This document shows positions 61,512 through 64,000 of a stretch of DNA of 64,000 nucleotides, one piece after another. Made by a program: the position numbers and the translations under genes. Source of the stretch: Podarcis vaucheri. Taxonomy: Eukaryota. Positions within the stretch are counted from its first letter, which is position 1; every line of letters starts with the position of its first letter. The notes under the pieces were generated by a model. It did not search any database and was not told the origin of the DNA. It saw nothing but the letters and a program-made list of their open reading frames with translations. Where the stretch lies: assembly GCA_965113315.1 (NCBI GenBank), contig OZ220370.1. The stretch is one strand, 5' to 3'.

Positions 61512-63775
61512 TGTATTCAAGTCTCCAGGGCCAGATGAACTGCATCCAAGAGTATTAAAAGAACTGGCAGATGTGATCTCAGAACCACTGGCAGTCATCT
61601 TTGAGAATTCCTGGAGAACAGGCGAAGTCCCGGCAGACTGGAGGAGGGCAAATGTTGTCCCTATTTTCAAAAAGGGGAAAAGAGAGGACCCAAATAATTA
61701 CCGCCCAGTGAGTCTGACATCAATACCAGGGAAGATTCTGGAGCAGATCATTAAGCAAACAGTCTGTGAGCACCTAGAAAGGAATGCTGTGATCACCAAT
61801 AGTCAGCATGGATTTCTGAAAAATAAGTCATGTCAGACTAACCTGATCTCGTTTTTTGACAGAATTACAAGCCTGGTAGATGAAGGGAACGCAGTGGATG
61901 TAGCCTACCTTGATTTCAGCAAGGCATTTGACAAGGTGCCCCATGATATTCTTGTAAAGAAGCTGGTAAAATGCGGTCTTGACTATGCTACCACTCAGTG
62001 GATTTGTAACTGGCTGACTGACCGAACCCAAAGGGTGCTCATCAATGGTTCCTCTTCATCCTGGAGAAGAATGACTAGTGGGGTGCCACAGGGTTCTGTC
62101 TTGGGCCCGGTCTTATTCAACATCTTTATCAACGACTTGGATGATGGACTCAAGGGCATCCTGATCAAATTTGCAGATGACACCAAACTGGGAGGGGTGG
62201 CTAACACCCCAGAGGACAGGATCACACTTCAAAACGACCTTGACAGATTAGAGAACTGGGCCAAAACAAACAAGATGAATTTTAACAGGGAGAAATGTAA
62301 AGTATTGCACTTGGGGGGGGGGGAATGAGAGGCACAAATACAAGATGGGTGACACCTGGCTTGAGAGCAGTACATGTGAAAAGGATCTAGGAGTCTTGGT
62401 TGACCACAAACTTGACATGAGCCAACAGTGTGACGCGGCAGCTAAAAAGGCCAATGCAATTCTGGGCTGCATCAATAGGAGTATAGCATCTAGATCAAGG
62501 GAAGTAATAGTGCCACTGTATTCTGCTCTGGTCAGACCACACCTGGAGTACTGTGTCCAGTTCTGGGCACCACAATTCAAGAAGGACACTGACAAACTGG
62601 AACGTGTCCAGAGGAGGGCAACCAAAATGGTCAAAGGCCTGGAAACGATGCCTTATGAGGAACGGCTAAAGGAGCTGGGCATGTTTAGCCTGGAGAAGAG
62701 GAGGTTAAGGGGTGATATGATAGCCATGTTCAAATATATACAGTGGTACCCCGCAAGACGAATGCCTCGCTAAACGAAAAACCCGCAAGACGAAAGGGTT
62801 TTCCGATTTTTAGAGGCTTCGCAAGACGAATTTCCCTATGGGCTTGCTTCGCAAGACGAAAGCCCATAGGGAAATCTCCTGGGACAGCGGGGAAGTGCAG
62901 CGCACCTTCTCCTCTGTTCCCAGACCTGTCCTGAAGGCTTGTGGTGGGAGGTCCGGGAACAGAGGAGAAGGCGCGCAGCGCTTCGCCTCTGTTCCCGGGA
63001 CTTGCGTGGGAGGAGGGTTTTTCCTCCCCACCGCCAACATTCAGAACAGCATTCTGAATGTTGGCGGTGGGGAGGAAAGCCCTCCTCCCACCGCAAGCCT
63101 TCAGGACAGGTCCGGGAACAGAGGGGAAGACGCGCAGCGCTTCTCCTCTGTTCCCGGACCTGTTTTGAAGACTTGCGGTGGGAGGAAGGTTTTCCTCCCC
63201 ACCGCCAACATTCAGAAGGCTGTTCTGAAGGCTGGCGGTGGGGAGAAAAGTCCTTCTCCCCCCGCCAGCCTTCAGAAGAGGTCTGGGGACAGACTGTCCC
63301 TGGACCTGGTCTGAAGGCGGTCTCCATAGGAACGCATTAATTGATTTTCAATGCATTCCTATGGGAAACCGTGCTTCGCAAGACGAAAAACTCGCAAGAA
63401 GAAAAAACTTGCGGAACGAATTAATTTCGTCTTGCGAGGCACCACTGTAAAAGGATGTCACATAGAGGAGGGAGAAAGGTTGTTTTCTGCTGCTCCGGAG
63501 AAGCGGACACGGAGCAATGGATCCAAACTACAAGAAAGAAGATTCCACCTAAACATTAGGAAGAACTTCCTGAAAGTAAGAGCTGTTCGACAGTGGAATT
63601 TGCTGCCAAGGAGTGTGGTGGAGTCTCCTACTTTGGAGGTCTTTAAGCAGAGGCTTGACAACCATATGTCAGGAGTGCTCTGATGGTGTTTCCTGCTTGG
63701 CAGGGGGTTGGACTCGATGGCCCTTGTGGTCTCTTCCAACTCTATGATTCTATGATTCTATGATTCTATGATTCT
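61512..63775 (+). mobile_element. 5'-truncated CR1 LINE (same young subfamily), frameshifted and interrupted by a MITE
   Basis: ~99% identical to 37126-38679 by eye; +1 frameshift in a G-run at ~62313-62323; (ATTCTATG)n tail. Confidence 0.96.
62741..63447. mobile_element. Tc1/mariner (pogo/Tigger-like) non-autonomous element, 707 bp, nested in CR1
   Basis: 22-bp TIR cagtggtaccccgcaagacgaa / ttcgtcttgcgaggcaccactg; TA duplication (62739-62740 / 63448-63449), confirmed by the empty site caaatataTAaaaggatg in the 38.3-kb CR1. Confidence 0.95.
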
Positions 63776-64000
63776 CTAAATGAGTCCTGGGGAACCTTTG
63801 GCGCTCCAGAAGTTGCTGAACTACAACTCCCATCAACCCTAGCAAACCTAGTGAATGGCCAGCGATGGTGGGAGTTGTAGTTCAGCAACATTTGGAAGGC
63901 CAAAGACTCCCCACACATGATCTAAATGATAAGATACAATTGTTCTGATACTAAGAGAACTTAAACAAGAAAGTTTCTTATTTTCTATTGTCCCATAGAG

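Noticed and set aside
62743-63450. Several overlapping ORFs and cgcaagacgaa repeats that look CRISPR-like
   Set aside because: All lie inside a TA-flanked MITE. The repeats are irregularly spaced subterminal TIR copies, the context is eukaryotic, and there are no cas genes.

Overview
Eukaryotic vertebrate DNA, most likely a lacertid lizard: Sauria/Squam1-type SINEs beginning GGGACGCGGGTGGCGCTGTGGGTTAAACCACAGAGCCTAGG, plus young CR1 and Penelope elements. The window looks like intronic or intergenic sequence of a large locus. I could not identify a host protein-coding gene; the only candidate is a minus-strand exon at 5524-5638 that runs into an N gap. Both long ORFs belong to retroelements: CR1 ORF2 (36656-38587) and a Penelope RT + GIY-YIG ORF (54580-56262). 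The rest is SINEs, L1/L2/RTE fragments, hAT and Tc1/mariner-type MITEs, a probable solo LTR, microsatellites, three N gaps and repeat-free stretches that resemble conserved non-coding elements. Most unusual: (i) a very young (TA)n-targeting Penelope family whose insertions form fold-back inverted pseudo-LTRs with a one-sided ~31-nt tail and minimal hammerhead ribozyme motifs, including a 256-bp ORF-less hairpin mini-element, with older analogues at 16.9 and 20.3 kb; (ii) a 147-bp hAT MITE, in two near-identical copies, carrying telomeric TTAGGG units in a G-quadruplex-prone core; (iii) a 707-bp Tigger-like MITE built from stacked palindromes, inserted into a very young CR1; (iv) a composite hAT element that appears to have captured an L2 fragment. 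Family names come from motif recognition, not database searches, and coordinates were counted by hand.
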